Source: Mobula hypostoma
Lineage: Eukaryota
DNA length: 64,000 nucleotides
Assembly: GCF_963921235.1 (NCBI RefSeq)
Contig: NC_086101.1
Coordinates: forward strand, 4,342,001-4,406,000
Reading direction: 5' to 3'
Shown piece by piece: positions 12,900 through 26,412 of the stretch. Below the pieces are notes generated by a model. The model was given only the letters and a program-made list of their open reading frames with translations. It did no database searches and was not told where the DNA came from. Position 1 is the first letter of the stretch; every line of letters begins with the position of its first letter. The translations under genes and the position numbers were made by a program.

Positions 12900-13226
12900 C
12901 AGCATACCAGATTAACAATGTCCAAAAGGGGGCCTTACGATCACAAGAAAAGCGACAATGATGGCCATTGGCTATCAAGCTGCAGTTCATGTTGTGGAGA
13001 TCCTTCATGTTCTCTGCCAGTGAACAACTCGCTGAGGGTACAGTACTTTTAAGTTCTTAATGTATAGCAGGATCTTGCACTCATTAAAAATAGGTTGAAA
13101 TTTGTCAGTTTTAGTCTTGGTTTGTCTTGTGTTTCTGTGATGTCACTCTGGAGGAACATTGTATCATTTTTTAATGCATGCATTTCTAAATGACAATAAA
13201 CGAGGACTGAGCGTCCTCATAATCTA
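12900..13226 (+). repeat. LINE 3' end with (AATCT) tail; second copy on - strand at ~63808-64000
   Basis: aatgcatgcatt..aatgacaataaa..gaggactg..cctcataatctaa is reverse-complementary to 63808-63950. Confidence 0.65.
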
Positions 13227-13387
13227 AAAGACATAGGATAGTAGCACCGCTTGTTGATCCTGTAGATGCCACTGAGATCAAACATGTTGCCATCTTACCA
13301 CTTCTGTTCATTTCATCCATGTCTTGTGTTCTTTATCACCCCCGCCGATTACTCCCCTCCTGATCCTCCTTTCTGACTGACCCACAG

Positions 13388-13513
13388 GCATTAGCCATGA
13401 AGATGGCCAGCCAGCCTCTCAGTGATGTTTCTGAGGAGATGGAGACCAGCATTCCAGGTCCCGTGGAATATCCGGAAGTTCACAGGGCCAGGAAGTCGGG
13501 AAGCACCAGCCAG
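13388..13513 (+). CDS. EHMT2: EHMT2 exon (phase 0-0, 126 nt), histone-mimic copy 2: ALAMK...EVHRARKSGSTSQ
   Basis: ctgactgacccacag acceptor, CAG|gtatgg donor, open frame, HRARKS at 13481-13498; not in the supplied ORF track. Confidence 0.8.
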
Positions 13514-13809
13514 GTATGGAGGAGGGGTCAGATGTGGGCATGGGTAATTGACTATTTTATATCTCACTGATGCTTGTTTCCCATGGGTCGTGTTATAGAA
13601 GAGCCACTAGGGGAGAACAACTGTATATACATACTGTGGCTGGTGGGAAGCATACTATACAGTTTCTTTGATGGAAGTAATTATTGTTCAAAGTTCAAAG
13701 TAAATTTATTATCTGAGTACATAAATATCTTTTTCCTGCAGTCATACTCAACAAATCTATAGGATAGTAACTGTAAACAATATCAATGAAACAGTAAAAA
13801 AAAAGAGCA

Positions 13810-16540
13810 TAGACATTACAGAAACTTGGATGGCTCAGGGACAGGAATGGTTACTTCAAGTGCCAGGCTTTAGATGTTTCAGAAAGGACAGGCAGGGAGG
13901 CAAAAGAGGTGGGGGCGTGGCTGATCAGAGATAGTACCACAGCTGCAGAAAAGGAGGAAGTCATGGAGGGATTGTCTATGGAGTCTCTGTGGGTGCAAGT
14001 TAGGAAGAGGAAGGGGCCAATAACTCTACTGGGTGTTTTTATAGACCACCCAATATTAACAGGGACATTGAAGAGCAGATAGGGAGGCAGATTCTGGAAA
14101 TGTGTAATAATGACAGGGTTGTTGTGGTGGGAGATTTTAATTTCCCAAATATTGATTGGCATCTCCCTGGAGCGAGGGGTTTAGATGGGGTAGAGTTTGT
14201 TAGGTGTGTTCATGTATTCAGGAAGTTTTTTTGACACAATATGTAGATAAGCCTACAAGAGGAGAGGCTGTACTTGATCTGGTATTGGGAAATGAACCTG
14301 GTCAGGTGTCAGAACTGTCAGTGGGAAAGCATTTTTGAGATGGTGATCACAATTCTATCTCCTTTACTATAGCATTGGAGAGGGATAGGAACAGACAAGT
14401 TAGGAAAGCGTTTAATTGGAGTAGGGGGAAATATGAGGCTATCAGGCAGGAACTTGGAAGCATAAATTGGGAACAGATGTTTTCAGGGAAATGTACGGAA
14501 GAATTGTGGCAAATGTTCATGGAGTTCTGCATAGGTACGTTCCAATGAGACAGGGAAAGGATGGTAGGGTACAGAAACCATGTTGTACAAAGGCTGTTTT
14601 GAATCGAGTCAAGAAGAAAAGAAGAGCTTACAAAAGGTTCAAAATACTAGGTAGTGATAGAGATATAGAAGATTATAAGGCTAACAGGAAGGAGCTTAAG
14701 CAAGAAATTCGGAGTCAGAAGGGGCAATTATAAGGCCTTGGCTGATAGGATTAAGGAAAACCCCAAGGCATTCTACAAGTATGTGAAGAGCAAGAGGATA
14801 AAATGTGAGAGAATAGGAACAATCAAGTGTGACAGTGGAAAATTGTGTATGGAACTGGAGGAGATAGCAGAGGTCCTTATTGAGTACTTTGCTTCAGTAT
14901 TGACTAGGGAAAGGGATCTTGATGATTGTAAGGATGACTTACAGCAGACTGAAAAGCATGAGCATGTAGATATTAAGAAAGAGGAGGTTTTGGAAAGCAT
15001 CAAGTTGGATAAATCACCGGGACCAGACGAGATGTACCCCAGGCTAGTGTGGGAGGGGAGGGAGGAGATTGCTGAGCCCCTGGTGATGATCTTTGAATCA
15101 TCAATGGGGACAGGAGAGGTTCGGGAGGATTGGAGGGTTGTGGATGTTGTTCCCTTGTTCAAGAAGGGGAGTAGAGTTAGCCCAGGAAATTATAGGCCAA
15201 TGAGTCTTAATTCAGTGGTTGGTAAGTTGATGGAGAAGATTCTGAGAGGCAGGATTTATGAACAGTTGGAGAGGCATAATATGATTAGGAATAGTCAGCA
15301 TGGCTTTGTCAAAGGCGGGTTGTGCCTTACAAGCCTGATTGATTTTTTTGAGGATGAGTCTAAACACAATGATGAAGGTAGAGCCGTAGATGTAGTGTAT
15401 ATGGATTTTAGCAAGGCATTTGATAAGGTACTCCATGCAAGGCTTATTGAGAAAGTAAGGAGGCATGGGATCCAAGGGGACATTGCTTTATGGATCCAGA
15501 ACTGGCTTGCCCACAGAAGGCAAAGAGTAGTTGTAGACGGGTCATATTCTGCATGGAGGTCGGTGACCCAGTGGAGTGCCTCAGGGATCTGTTCTGGGAC
15601 TCCTACTCTTTGTGATTTTTATAAATGACAAAGTGGAGGGATGGGTTAGTAAATTTGCTGATGACACAAAGGTTGGGGTGTTGTGGATGGTGTGGAGGGC
15701 TGTCAGAGGTTACAGCGGGACATTGATAGGATGCAAATCTGGGCTGAGAAGTGGCAGATGGAGTTCAACCCAGATACTTGTGAAGTGGTTCATTTTGGTA
15801 GGTCAAATATTAATGGTAAGATTCTTGGCAGTGTGGAGGATCAGAGGGATTTTGGGGTCCGAGACCATAGGACACTCAAAGTTGCTGGACAGGTTGACTT
15901 TGGTTAAGAAAGCATACGGTGCATTGGCCTTCATAAATCGTGGGATTGAGTTTAGGAACCAAGAGGTAATGTTGCAGCTTTATAGGACCCCGGTCAGAAC
16001 CCACTTGGAGTACTGTGCTCAGTTCAGGTCGCCTCACTACAGGAAGAATGTGGAAGCCATAGAAAGAGTGCAGAGGAGATTTACAAAGATGTTGCCTGGA
16101 TTGGGGAGCATGCCTTATGAATAGGTTGAGTGAACTTGGCCTTTTTTCCTCGGAGCGACGGAGGATGAGAGGTGACTTGATAGAGGTGTATAAGATGATG
16201 AGAGGCATACATCATGTGGATAGTCAGAGGCTTTTTCCCAGGGCTGAAATGGTTGCCACAAGACGACACAGGTTTAAGTTGCTAGGGAGTAGGTACAGAG
16301 GAGATGTCAGGGGCAAGTTTTTTACGCAAAGAGTGGTGAGTGCGTGGAATGGGCTGCCGGCAACGGTGGTGGAGGCGGATACGATAGGGTCTTTTAAGAG
16401 ACTCCTGGACAGGTACATGGAGCTTAGGAAAATAGAGGGCTATGGGTAACTCTAGGTAATTTCTAAGGTAAGGGCATGTTTGTCATAGCTTTGTGGGCCG
16501 AAGGGCCTGTATTGAACTGTAGGTTTTCTATATTTCTAAG
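13810..16540 (+). mobile_element. CR1 LINE ORF2 (endonuclease + RT), degenerate, within a Rex-like 3' remnant
   Basis: GDFNFPNIDW, LDLVLGNEPG, ORFs 14738-15628, 15576-16124, 16117-16449; CR1 tail. Confidence 0.93.
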
Positions 16541-17204
16541 ACAACAAACTGCAAATGCAAATAAAGCAAGAAGTAATAAGATAAAGAGTCTTTAAAATGA
16601 GATCACTGGTTGTGGGAAGATCTCAGCAGATAAAGGTAGTCATCCACTTTTGTTCAAGAGCTTGATGGTTGAGGGGTAATAACTGTTCTTGAACCTGGTG
16701 GTGCGAATTTTGAGGCTCTTGTGTCTTCTACCTGATGGCAGCAGCAAGAAAAGTGAAATTATATAAAATATAAGTGGACAATTAATTTTTAAACTGCTAA
16801 GAAAATGTCAGTTACACAATGGGTGTGTCAGTCAGCCTCTGGGTATTTCTGGAAGGGGTTAAACAAGGAATTCTGTGCATTGATTTGACCTTCCATACTA
16901 TGTTTGTCTCATGAAATTATATCTCCTTTTCTAAAAATCTGTATTTCTAAAATATGTAAGAACTGGAGCAACGCAGCAATTCAGGGAAATGGACAGTCAA
17001 CATTTCGGGTCCGGATGAAGGATCTCGATCCGAACCATCAACTGTTCATTTCCCACCCTGAGGTTTGAGGAGCTCGGAGATTTGTTTTCAAGGAGGAGGG
17101 ATTTCAGCTCCTTGGGGCAGTATAGAGAAGATAGACGGAGATCAGATGAAGCTGAATGGAATCAGAGTGAGCTCAGAAAGGGTGAATAGAAGGAAGCTGT
17201 TTCA

Positions 17205-17645
17205 AATAAGTTCAAAGTAAATTTATTATCAAAGTACATATATGTTGCTATATACATCTCGAAGATTCATTTTCTTCCGGGCATTCACAGTAAATACAAA
17301 GAAACAAAAATAGTAATTAATCAATAAATATCGAGAACATGAGATGAAGAGTCCTTGGAAGTGAGTCCATAGGTTGTGGGAACAGTTTAGTGTTGGCGTG
17401 AGTGAAGTTATCCTGTATGGTTCAGGAGCCTGAGGGTTGAAGGGTAGTAATTGTTCCTGAAACAGGTGTGGGTTTTGTGGTTCATATACCGCCTTCCTAA
17501 TGTACACAGTGAAAAGAGAGCATGGCCTGGGTGGTGCGGTTGTTGGATGACGGGTGCTGCTTTCCTGCGACTCCAGTCCTGGTAGATGTGATCAGTGGTG
17601 GGGAGGGCTTTAGCCGTGATGGACTGGGCTGCATCCACTACTTTT
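17205..17645 (-). mobile_element. Rex/Babar LINE 3' fragment
   Basis: AAQSIT..LPT..IY..PHHPGHALFS..FRN.YYP; similar pieces at ~20520-20950, 29400-29960, 32300-32880, 38185-38640. Confidence 0.75.
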
Positions 17646-17948
17646 TTAATAATGTGTGATTGAAGGACTCTCAGACACAGATCTAAAATCTTGGGGCAAA
17701 ATTAATGGGATAATGAGGTGCCTTGAGAAAAGTCTTGTGTGGAAAGCGAGGGGGTATGTAGCTCACTGTTCGTGGTGGGGGAGGAAACAGGTGGGCAGTG
17801 GGTCAGCAGTAAAGGGAGAACAGTGTTCAGATTGTGGGGAAACGGGCACAAAGAGGCATCTGCACCATCCTAGCAGAGACTCTTGGGGCCGAACGGTACC
17901 TCCAGCTGCTGGAGCAGCCTTGTGAGCCGGTGATCTGCATTGTTTCAG

Positions 17949-18104
17949 GGTCTGGCCAGGAGCTTGCCGGGTGAGAGCACCAGCCAGGGCAGCGGCGAAG
18001 TCTCCACAGTGTTGGCGGAGAGGCAGGACGCTGCCCAGGCACCAGCTGAGAAACCGAAACTTCACCGGGCCCGGAAGTCCATGTTCAAGTCCTGCCCTGC
18101 CCAG
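17949..18104 (+). CDS. EHMT2: EHMT2 exon (phase 0-0, 156 nt), histone-mimic copy 3: GLARS...KPKLHRARKSMFKSCPAQ
   Basis: tgtttcag acceptor, CAG|gtacgc donor; closest match to human PKVHRARKTMSKP; motif at 18063-18080. Confidence 0.88.
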
Positions 18105-19881
18105 GTACGCCATGAGGAGTGTAGGGAGATGTTCGTCTTGTCACACAGTGGAAACGTGGGAATGGTGAGCAAAGTGTGTATTAACTGTCGAAACTGGCTC
18201 GGACACAGCCCTGACATTGATCATTCCAACAAATAGCTGGTGCTAATTGACAATGTTAACCCAAACCCTTGTGCTCTCCGGTGTTCAGTTTGTAGCACAG
18301 ATAACAAGCAAGGGAGTTGAGGATTCAGCTCCTCTGTACGTAGTTGTAGAGCACTACAGTACGGCAACAGGCCCTTTGGACCATCTAGTCTGTGCTGAAC
18401 TGTTATTTCCCCTCGTCCTGCTGGCCTGCACCTAGACCGTTGTCCTCCATACGCCTCCCATCCATGTACCTATACAAACTTCTCTTAAATGTTGCAATTG
18501 AACCGGCATTCATCACTTCCGCTGGCAGCTTATGCCACATTTGCACGATCCTGTGAGTGAAGAAGTTCCCATTGAATAATAATTCCCACAATGAACATGG
18601 GACCAAGCTCCACCTTCCTCCCTGGCCCGTTCATTGAAAACCTGCAGTATAATCTGTGACACTGCTCTCTGGGGTCTGTGGGGATGGATATTCCCTGACT
18701 CCCTAGTCCAGTTTACAATTCCTGTGATGGAGAAAGAGCAGCTGGATTGCACTTGTCTGCGGCTGCGCTCACGCAAAATGAAGAACTGCTGCATGCTTCT
18801 TCTTGTCGAAACGTCCTACATGCCATTAATCTACAGGCCATGACACTCAGGGACACGGTTTTTTTAATGACTATGTTTGCTGCTATTGTAACTATAAGTG
18901 TGGCTGTTGGTTTGATATTTTGCTTCTTGTCCCCAGAGGAACGCTGTATCGTTTGGATTAAATTTAAACTTGGATTAATTCAGATCTGACGATATCTAAT
19001 GAGGACTTATTGAGTGGGCTCGGCAGTTCATTATCAATCCTTTAATCAATTGGAAGAGATATGATCTTATTGAAACATTAAGATTCTGAGGGGACATGAT
19101 ATTAGGTACCTGGAAAGAAATCCCTTCATCTCTGTCTTAAGTAGGAAACCTCTTATTCTGTATTTGTTTCCCCAATTGCTAGATTGACATACCAGCATTT
19201 CCCTGTGGAATCATCTGTAAGTCACGTGTCTATCTCTTAAATGTTCCTAATGTATGTCTCTACCACCACCCCCAGCTGTACATTCCACGCACCCACCACT
19301 GTCTCTGTAAAAATAAAAACAACCTCTGTCATCCTCCCTGTACTTTACTCCAATCACCTTAAAGTTAAGGTCCCTTGTATTAGTCATTTCCACCCTGGGA
19401 AAAAGTCCACTCTATCTATGCCTCTTGTCTCATACACCTCTATCAAGTTACCTCTCATCCTCCTCTGCTCCAAAGAGAAAACCTCGAGCTCACTCAACCT
19501 CTCCTCATAAGAGATGATCTCTAAAGCAGGCATAATCCTGGTATGGTAAATGTTTGCACTCTTTTGAAGCTTTCACATCCTTACTATAAGGCGTTATCAT
19601 CTGAACACGACACTTCAAGTGTGATATAACCAGGGTTTTATAGAGCTACAACAGTAACTGTTGGCTCTTAAACTAATCTCCCGTCTAATGAAGGCTAATA
19701 CATTATACAGCTATTACCCTGTGCAGCAACTCTGTGGCACCTATGAACGTGGACGCCAAGATCCCTCTGTTGCCCCACAAGGATCCTGCCAATAATCATA
19801 TTCTGCCTTTAAGTTTGACCTTCCAAAGTGAATCAGTTCAGATTTCTCTGGATTGGTTTAATTTTTGTTTTGATTCTTCAG

Positions 19882-20002
19882 GTGAAACTTGTGGAAGTGA
19901 AAGACTCAGATCACAGCAGTCCTTGTCAACAAAGCACTCAGCTGGAGTTTGAGCTGCTGCCTAGCGGAGGGGCTGTCGAAGGTACCCCAGGTGTACAGAC
20001 AG
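19882..20002 (+). CDS. EHMT2: EHMT2 exon (phase 0-1, 121 nt): VKLVEVKDSDH...TPGVQT
   Basis: Polypyrimidine tract + ttcag acceptor, AG|gtaaag donor, phase fits both neighbours; poorly conserved sequence. Confidence 0.7.
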
Positions 20003-21199
20003 GTAAAGCAAGAGGCCCTTCCAAAACCAGCCACAGCCCTCTTTATTCCATGTTTCTCAACAGCCTTGAAGTGGTCAACGCCAGCCTGCAGAGCAGTGGA
20101 GTTCTGCCAGTGATTTTTCCCTCTAGCTAGTTTTCACGCAGTTCATAAAGCCAACTGCGCCAGAGACAGTCTAAAGCAGCCCATGAACCTGCATGGGGGA
20201 GAGAACCTGTGCACCAAACAGAAGGTACAGTCTCCACACAAACAGTGCCAGGGGTTCAGCAATGAACCCTGCTCACTGGGTGTTGCCGAGGTTTCCTCAC
20301 CCACTCAGAAAACTTCCTGTGAGGCTGTCTGTGTGTGTGGATGTGCTAGTGCGTGTATGTGCACACACATATACTGACCTCCGCCATGCCTCTGACACCA
20401 CAGACAGTACTCCCACTCTCTGAATGAACCGGAGGGGTTACAGGTATGATCCTGGTGAGGCTCACACCCAGTGTGTTTTACCAGAAGAACACTATGTTGT
20501 GGTGTTAGGCCAGTATCTCAGAATCAGGTTTATTATCGTATGTCTTGAAATTGTTTTACTGCAGCAGCACAGTTCCAGACACAGAAATTAATTTAAGTTA
20601 CAGTAAGTCAGTAGACAGAGCAAAATAGTGAGGTGGTGTTCATAGGTTCATTGTCCATTCAGAAATCTGATGGTAGTGGGGAAAGAAGCTATTCCTGAAA
20701 CATTAAGCTTGGACTTCAGACTCTCGTACTGCCTCCTTGATGGTAGTAATGAGAAGAGGGCGTGGCCTGGATGCTGAGGGTCCTTAATGTTGGATGCAGC
20801 CTTCTTTGGGGCATCACCTTTTGAGGATGTCCTCAATGGTGGGGAAGGTTGTGACGTAATTGAGCTGGCTGAGTAAACAACCCTCTGCATCCTGAGCATT
20901 GGAGACGCCATACCAGACAGTGGTGTAACCAGTCAGAATGCTTTCCACATCTGTCTGGGCCAGTACTTGCCTGTTGCTAAACAGATTATCACATTACCAT
21001 TAGCAGGAGCTTACGGTATGTCAGTTTGCTGTTGCAATTCGCTCGGTCCTACAGGAGCTACCACAGCAATGTTTGCTTCTTCAGGTGCATGGGTCACAAG
21101 GCCCTGTATCAACATAGGAGGTTCCACAGCAGAGTGGGGCAGAGGCAATGGAAGGTGTGTAACACACACAGAATGCTGGAGGAACTCAGCACGGATTAC

Positions 21200-23253
21200 C
21201 ATCAGCATATAGCCTGTGTAGCAACACAGGTCCCAACACACTAGACCGCTGTTACACTAAGATAAGGAATGCATACCTTTCCATGCCCAGACCATATTTC
21301 AGGAAATCTGATCGATTGGCTGTCTCGTCTGCATGCAGGACAACAAAGAGGTGGTCACGGGAGGCAAAGGAGAGGCTACAGGATTGCTTCAAGTCGGTGG
21401 ACTGGGCTGTCTTCAAGGGCAACTGTGGATCTGAATGAATACACCCATGGTTGTCACGGACTTCATCAAAATAGTTGTAGATGAGTGAGTGTGTCCCACA
21501 AAATCATTCAGAGTCTTCCCCAACCAGAAGCAATGGATGAACCATGAGATCCACAATCTGCTGAGGGCCAGATCAGAGGCATTCAAGTCTGGCGACCAGT
21601 AAAGTTGCAAGAGGTCCAGGTACAATTTCTGGAAAGCCTTGAGCTCAGATGGGGCACCTGGCCAAGTACCAAAGACCAGTGCTGGTCAACTGGCCGGACT
21701 GTTCACTGAGAGCTTTATCCTGTCACTTCGGCAGCCTGAGGTACCCACCTGCTTCAAGCTGGCTTCATTTGCACCAGTGCTTCAAGCGAACATGGTAACC
21801 TGCTCTAATGGTTATTGCCCAGTAGCACGTACATCCAGAGAGGTTGGTGATGAAACATATCAACTCCTACCTGAGAAGAGGCTTGGATCTGCTCCAGTTT
21901 GCTTACTGGCACAATGGGTCTGTACGAGATGCCATTTCATTGGCTCTTCACTCAACTCTGGAACGGTACATTTCAGTAGGTCAAATTTGAAGACAGAATA
22001 TAATACTAATGTTAAGACTCTTGGCAGTGTGGAGGATCAGCGAGAGCTTGGGATCCATATCCATAGGACACTCAAAGTTGCTGCGCAGGTTGACAGTGTT
22101 GTTAAGAAGGTGTATGGTGTGGAGGCCTTCATCAGCCATGGCATTGACTTCAAGAACCATGAGGTCATGTTATATAAGACCTTAGTTGGACTCCACTTGG
22201 AGTACAGTGTTCAGTTCTGGTCATCTCACTACAGAAAGGATGTGGATACTGTAGAGTGCAGAGGAAATTTGCCTGGATTGGAGAGCATGCCTTATAAGAA
22301 TAGGTTGAGTGAACTTGGCCTTTTCTCCTTGGGCCAACAAGTAACCTGATAGAGATGTATAAGATGATGAGAGACATTGATCACGTGGATAGCTAGAGGC
22401 TTTTTTCAGGGCTGTAATGGCTAACACAAGGGGACATAGTTTTAAGGTGCTTGGAAGTAGGTACAAGGGGGATGTCAGAGCTAAGTTTTTCGCACAGAGT
22501 GGTGGGTGCATGGAATGCACTACCAGTGATGGTGATAGGACTGGATACAATAGGGCCTTTTAAGAACCTCTTAGATAGGTACATGGAGCTTAGAAAAATA
22601 GAGGGCTATGCGGTAGGAAATTCTAGGCAGTTTCTGGAGTAGGTTACGTGGTCGGCACAACATTGTGGGCTGGAAGGCCTGTAATGTGCTGTAGATTTCT
22701 ATGTTTCTATCTGGACGGCAAAGATGTATACACCAGGATACTCTTTATCAACCACAGCTTGGCATCAATACTATCATCTCGTCAAAGCTAATCAACAAGC
22801 TTCAAAACTTTGGCCTCAATACCTACTTGTGCAATTGGATTTTTGATTTCCTCACTTGCAGACCCCATTCGGTTCAGATTAGCAACAACATCTCCTCCAC
22901 AATCTCCATCGGCACAGGTACAGCACGAGGCAGTGCGCGCAGTGCGCTACTCGTTTTACATTTATGACAGTGTGGTTGAACATAACTCCAATGCCATATT
23001 CAGCTTTGCTGAAGACACCCCTGTTGTAGGCCAGATCAAAGGTGGGGATGAACCAACATAGTGGCGGGAGATTGAAATAACATCAACCTTTTATTCAATG
23101 TCATGGAGACCGAGGAGCTGATTATAGACTTCAGGAGGAGGAAACTGGAGGTCCACGAGCCAGTCCTCATTGAAATGTCAAAGGTGGGGAGGGACAGCCG
23201 CATTGACTTTCTTGGTGTTTTCAATTCAGAGAACCTGACCTGGGCCCAGCACA
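21200..23253 (+). mobile_element. Degenerate Rex-type LINE with nested CR1 3' fragment (~21965-22705); the Rex resumes at ~25520-26020
   Basis: [23 protein letters not shown] peptides; CR1 C-terminus and tail inside. Confidence 0.75.
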
Positions 23254-23255
23254 TA

Positions 23256-25520
23256 CAGGGCCTATAAAAATATTCACTCCCCCCCCCCCCCCCAGAAGTA
23301 TTCATGTTTTATTTCTTTGCAACATTGAATCACAGTGGATTTAATTTGGCTTTTTTGTCACTGATCAGCAGTAAAATACTCTTTCGTGTCAAAGTGAAAA
23401 CACATCTCTACAAAGTGATCTAAATGAATTACAAATATAAACGACAAAATAATTGACTGCATAAGTATTTCAGAGATTAAGGGACATGGGGCTTTACTCT
23501 TTGGAGAGAAGGAGGATGAGAGGAGACATGATAGAGGTGTACTAGATAATAAGAGGAATAGATAGAGTGGATAGCCAGCACCTCTTCCCCAGGGCACCGC
23601 TGCTCAATACAAGAGGACATGGCTTTAAGGTAAGGGGTGAGAAGTTCAAGGGGGATATTAGAGGAAGGTTTTTTACTCAGAGAGTGGTTGGTGTGTGGAA
23701 TGCTCTGCCTGAGTCAGTGGTGGAGGCAGATACACTAGTGAAATTTAAGAGACTACTAGACAGGTATATGGAGGAATCTAAGGTGGGGGCTTATATGGGA
23801 GGCAGGGTTTGAGGGTCGGCACAACATTGTGGGCCGAAGGGCCTGTACTGTGCTGTACTATTCTATGTTCTATGTATTTAGTAGAAGCAACTTTGGCAGC
23901 AATTACAGCCTTGAGTCTGTGTGGATAGGCCTCTATCAGCTTTGCACATCTGGACACTGCAATCTTTCCCCATTCTTCTTTACAAAACTGTTTAAGCTGT
24001 CAGATTACGTGGGGATTGTGAGTGAACAGCCCTTTTCAAGTCCAGCCACAAATTCTCAGTTGGATTGAGGTCTGGACTCTGACTTGGCCACTCCAGGACA
24101 TTAACTTTGTTGTTTTTAAGCCTTTCCTGCATAGCTTTGGTTTTATGCTTGGGGTCATTGTCTTGCTGGAAAACAAATCTTTTCCCAAGTCACAGTTCTC
24201 TTGCAGACTGCATCAGGTTTTCCTCCAGGATTTCCCTGTATTTTGCTGCATACATTTTATCCTCTACCATATAAGCCTTCCAGGGCCTGTTGCAGTGAAG
24301 CATCCCCACAGCGTGATGCAGTCACCACCATGCTTCATGGTAGTGATGGTGTGTTTTTATGTGCAGTTTTTGGCTTACGCCAAACATAGCGTTTAGTCTG
24401 ATGGCCAAAAAGCTCAGTTTTGGTTTCACCAGACCATAGAACCTTCTTCCAGCTGACTTCAGAGTCTCCCCCATGCCTTCTAGCAAACTCTAGCCAAGAT
24501 ATCATGTGAGCTTTTTTCAACAGTGGCTTTCTCTTTGCTACTCTCCCATAAAGCTGTGACTGGTGAAGTACCCGGGCAACAGTTCTTGTATGTGCAGTTT
24601 CTGCCATCTCAGCCACTGAAGCTTGTAACTCCTCCAGAGCTGTCATAGGTCTATTGGTGACCTCCCTCAGTAGTCCCCTTCTTGCACGGTCTGTTCCAGG
24701 CAGATTTACATCTCTGCCATATTGATGATTGACTTAATTGTACTCCAGGGGATATTCAATGACCTAGAAATGTTCTTGTATCCTTTTACGGAGTTGCTTG
24801 GGATGTTCTTTGTCTTCATGGTGTAGTTTTTGCCAGGATACTGACTCACCAGCAGTTGGACCTTCCAGATACAGGGGTATTTTTACTACAATCAATTGAA
24901 ACACCTTGACTGCACACAGGTGATCTCCATTTAACTAATTATGTGACTTCTAAACCCAATTGGCTGCACCAGTAATGATTTGGTGTGTCATATTATAGGG
25001 GGTGAATACTTATACAATCAATTATAACCATATAACAATTACAGGCCGGAAACAGGCCATCTCGGCCCTTTTAGTCCGTGCTGAACGCTTACTCTCACCT
25101 AGTCCCACCGACCTGCACTCAGCCCATAACCCTCCATTCCTTTCCTGTCCATATAGCTGTCCAATTTAACTTTAAATGACAATATCGAACCTGCCTCAAC
25201 CACTTCTGCTGGAAGCTCGTTCCACACAGCTACCACTCTCTGAGTAAAGAAGTTCCCCCTCATGTTACCCCTAAGCTTTTGCCCTTTAACTCTCAACTCA
25301 TGACCTCTTGTTTGAATCTCCCCCACTCTCAATGGAAAAAGCCTGTCCACGTCAAATTATTTTGTGTTTTATATTTGTAATTAATTTAGATCACTTTGAA
25401 GAGATCTGTTTTCACTTTACGAAATACTCTTTTTCTGTTGATCAGTGTTAAGAAAGCCAAATTAAATCCACAGTGATTCAATGTTGTAAAACAATAAAAC
25501 ATGAAAACTTCCAAGGGGGG
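23256..25520 (-). mobile_element. Tc1 DNA transposon (long TIRs), degenerate, interrupted by CR1 fragments at ~23470-23875 (+) and ~25025-25355 (-)
   Basis: TA|cagggcctataaaaatattcac terminus; ~200-bp inverted ends; ORF 24335-24646 GRVAKRKPLLKK..WKKVLWSGETKTELFG. Confidence 0.9.
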
Positions 25521-26412
25521 TAAAGGTGCTATTGTGAAGAAGGCATGACAACACCTCTGCTTCTTTAGGAGTTTGCGACAATTAAGCGTGACATCTGAAA
25601 CTTTGATAAATTTACGTACACGTGTGGTGGAGAGTATTTTGACTGGCTTCATCACAGGCTGGTATGGAAGCACCAATGCCCTTGAACGGAAAGTCCAACA
25701 AAAGGTAGTGGATGTGGCCAAGTTCATCACAGGTAAAGCCCTCCCAACCATTGAGCACGCAGGAAAGCAACATCTATCAGTAGAACCCCAACACACAGGT
25801 GGTGCTTTCATCTTGCTGCTGCCATCAGAAAGAAGTACAGGAGCTTCAGGACCCACACCTCCAGGTTCAGGAACAGTTATTACCCCTCAACCAACAGGCT
25901 GTTGAAACAAACTTCATTCGACTTCTCTCGCCCTCATCACTGAACTGTTCCTACAACCAGTGGATCCACCTCAAGGACTCTTCATCTCACGTTCTCGATA
26001 CTTATTGCTTGCTTGTTGCTTATTGATCTATCTGTCTGTAACCCTCTCACCTTTGCTAACAGCCACGTGATTCAGCGGTGAGAAGGCCACCTTTTATAAA
26101 CAATATACATCCAGGGTCAGAATGATTTGGGGTTCAACCAAACAGGAATGTTGTGATGTTCCAATCAAAGAAACCTCGATTTGAGCGAATGCTGTGTAAA
26201 TACTGTCTATGCACGATCATCTGTCGGCAAGAAATAACAGATCTTACACCACATAAAATGATAAAGTATATTTACTAATTTCAGCTTTATTAAACAATTA
26301 CTAGCAAAAAGAAAAGAAAATAAAAATGGCCCGATCAAGGATCTAGTGCTTTCCCAGCGTATGTGATGAATAAACTCTTCTTGGACTTCCAGCTGAGTGT
26401 AGATATCAATTA

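Noticed and set aside
20040..20460. Repeat-free stretch with a possible phase-1 acceptor (ttttcacgcag, 20141) and ORF 20183-20377
   Set aside because: No convincing phase-compatible donor and no recognisable G9a similarity; a cassette exon cannot be excluded without RNA data.
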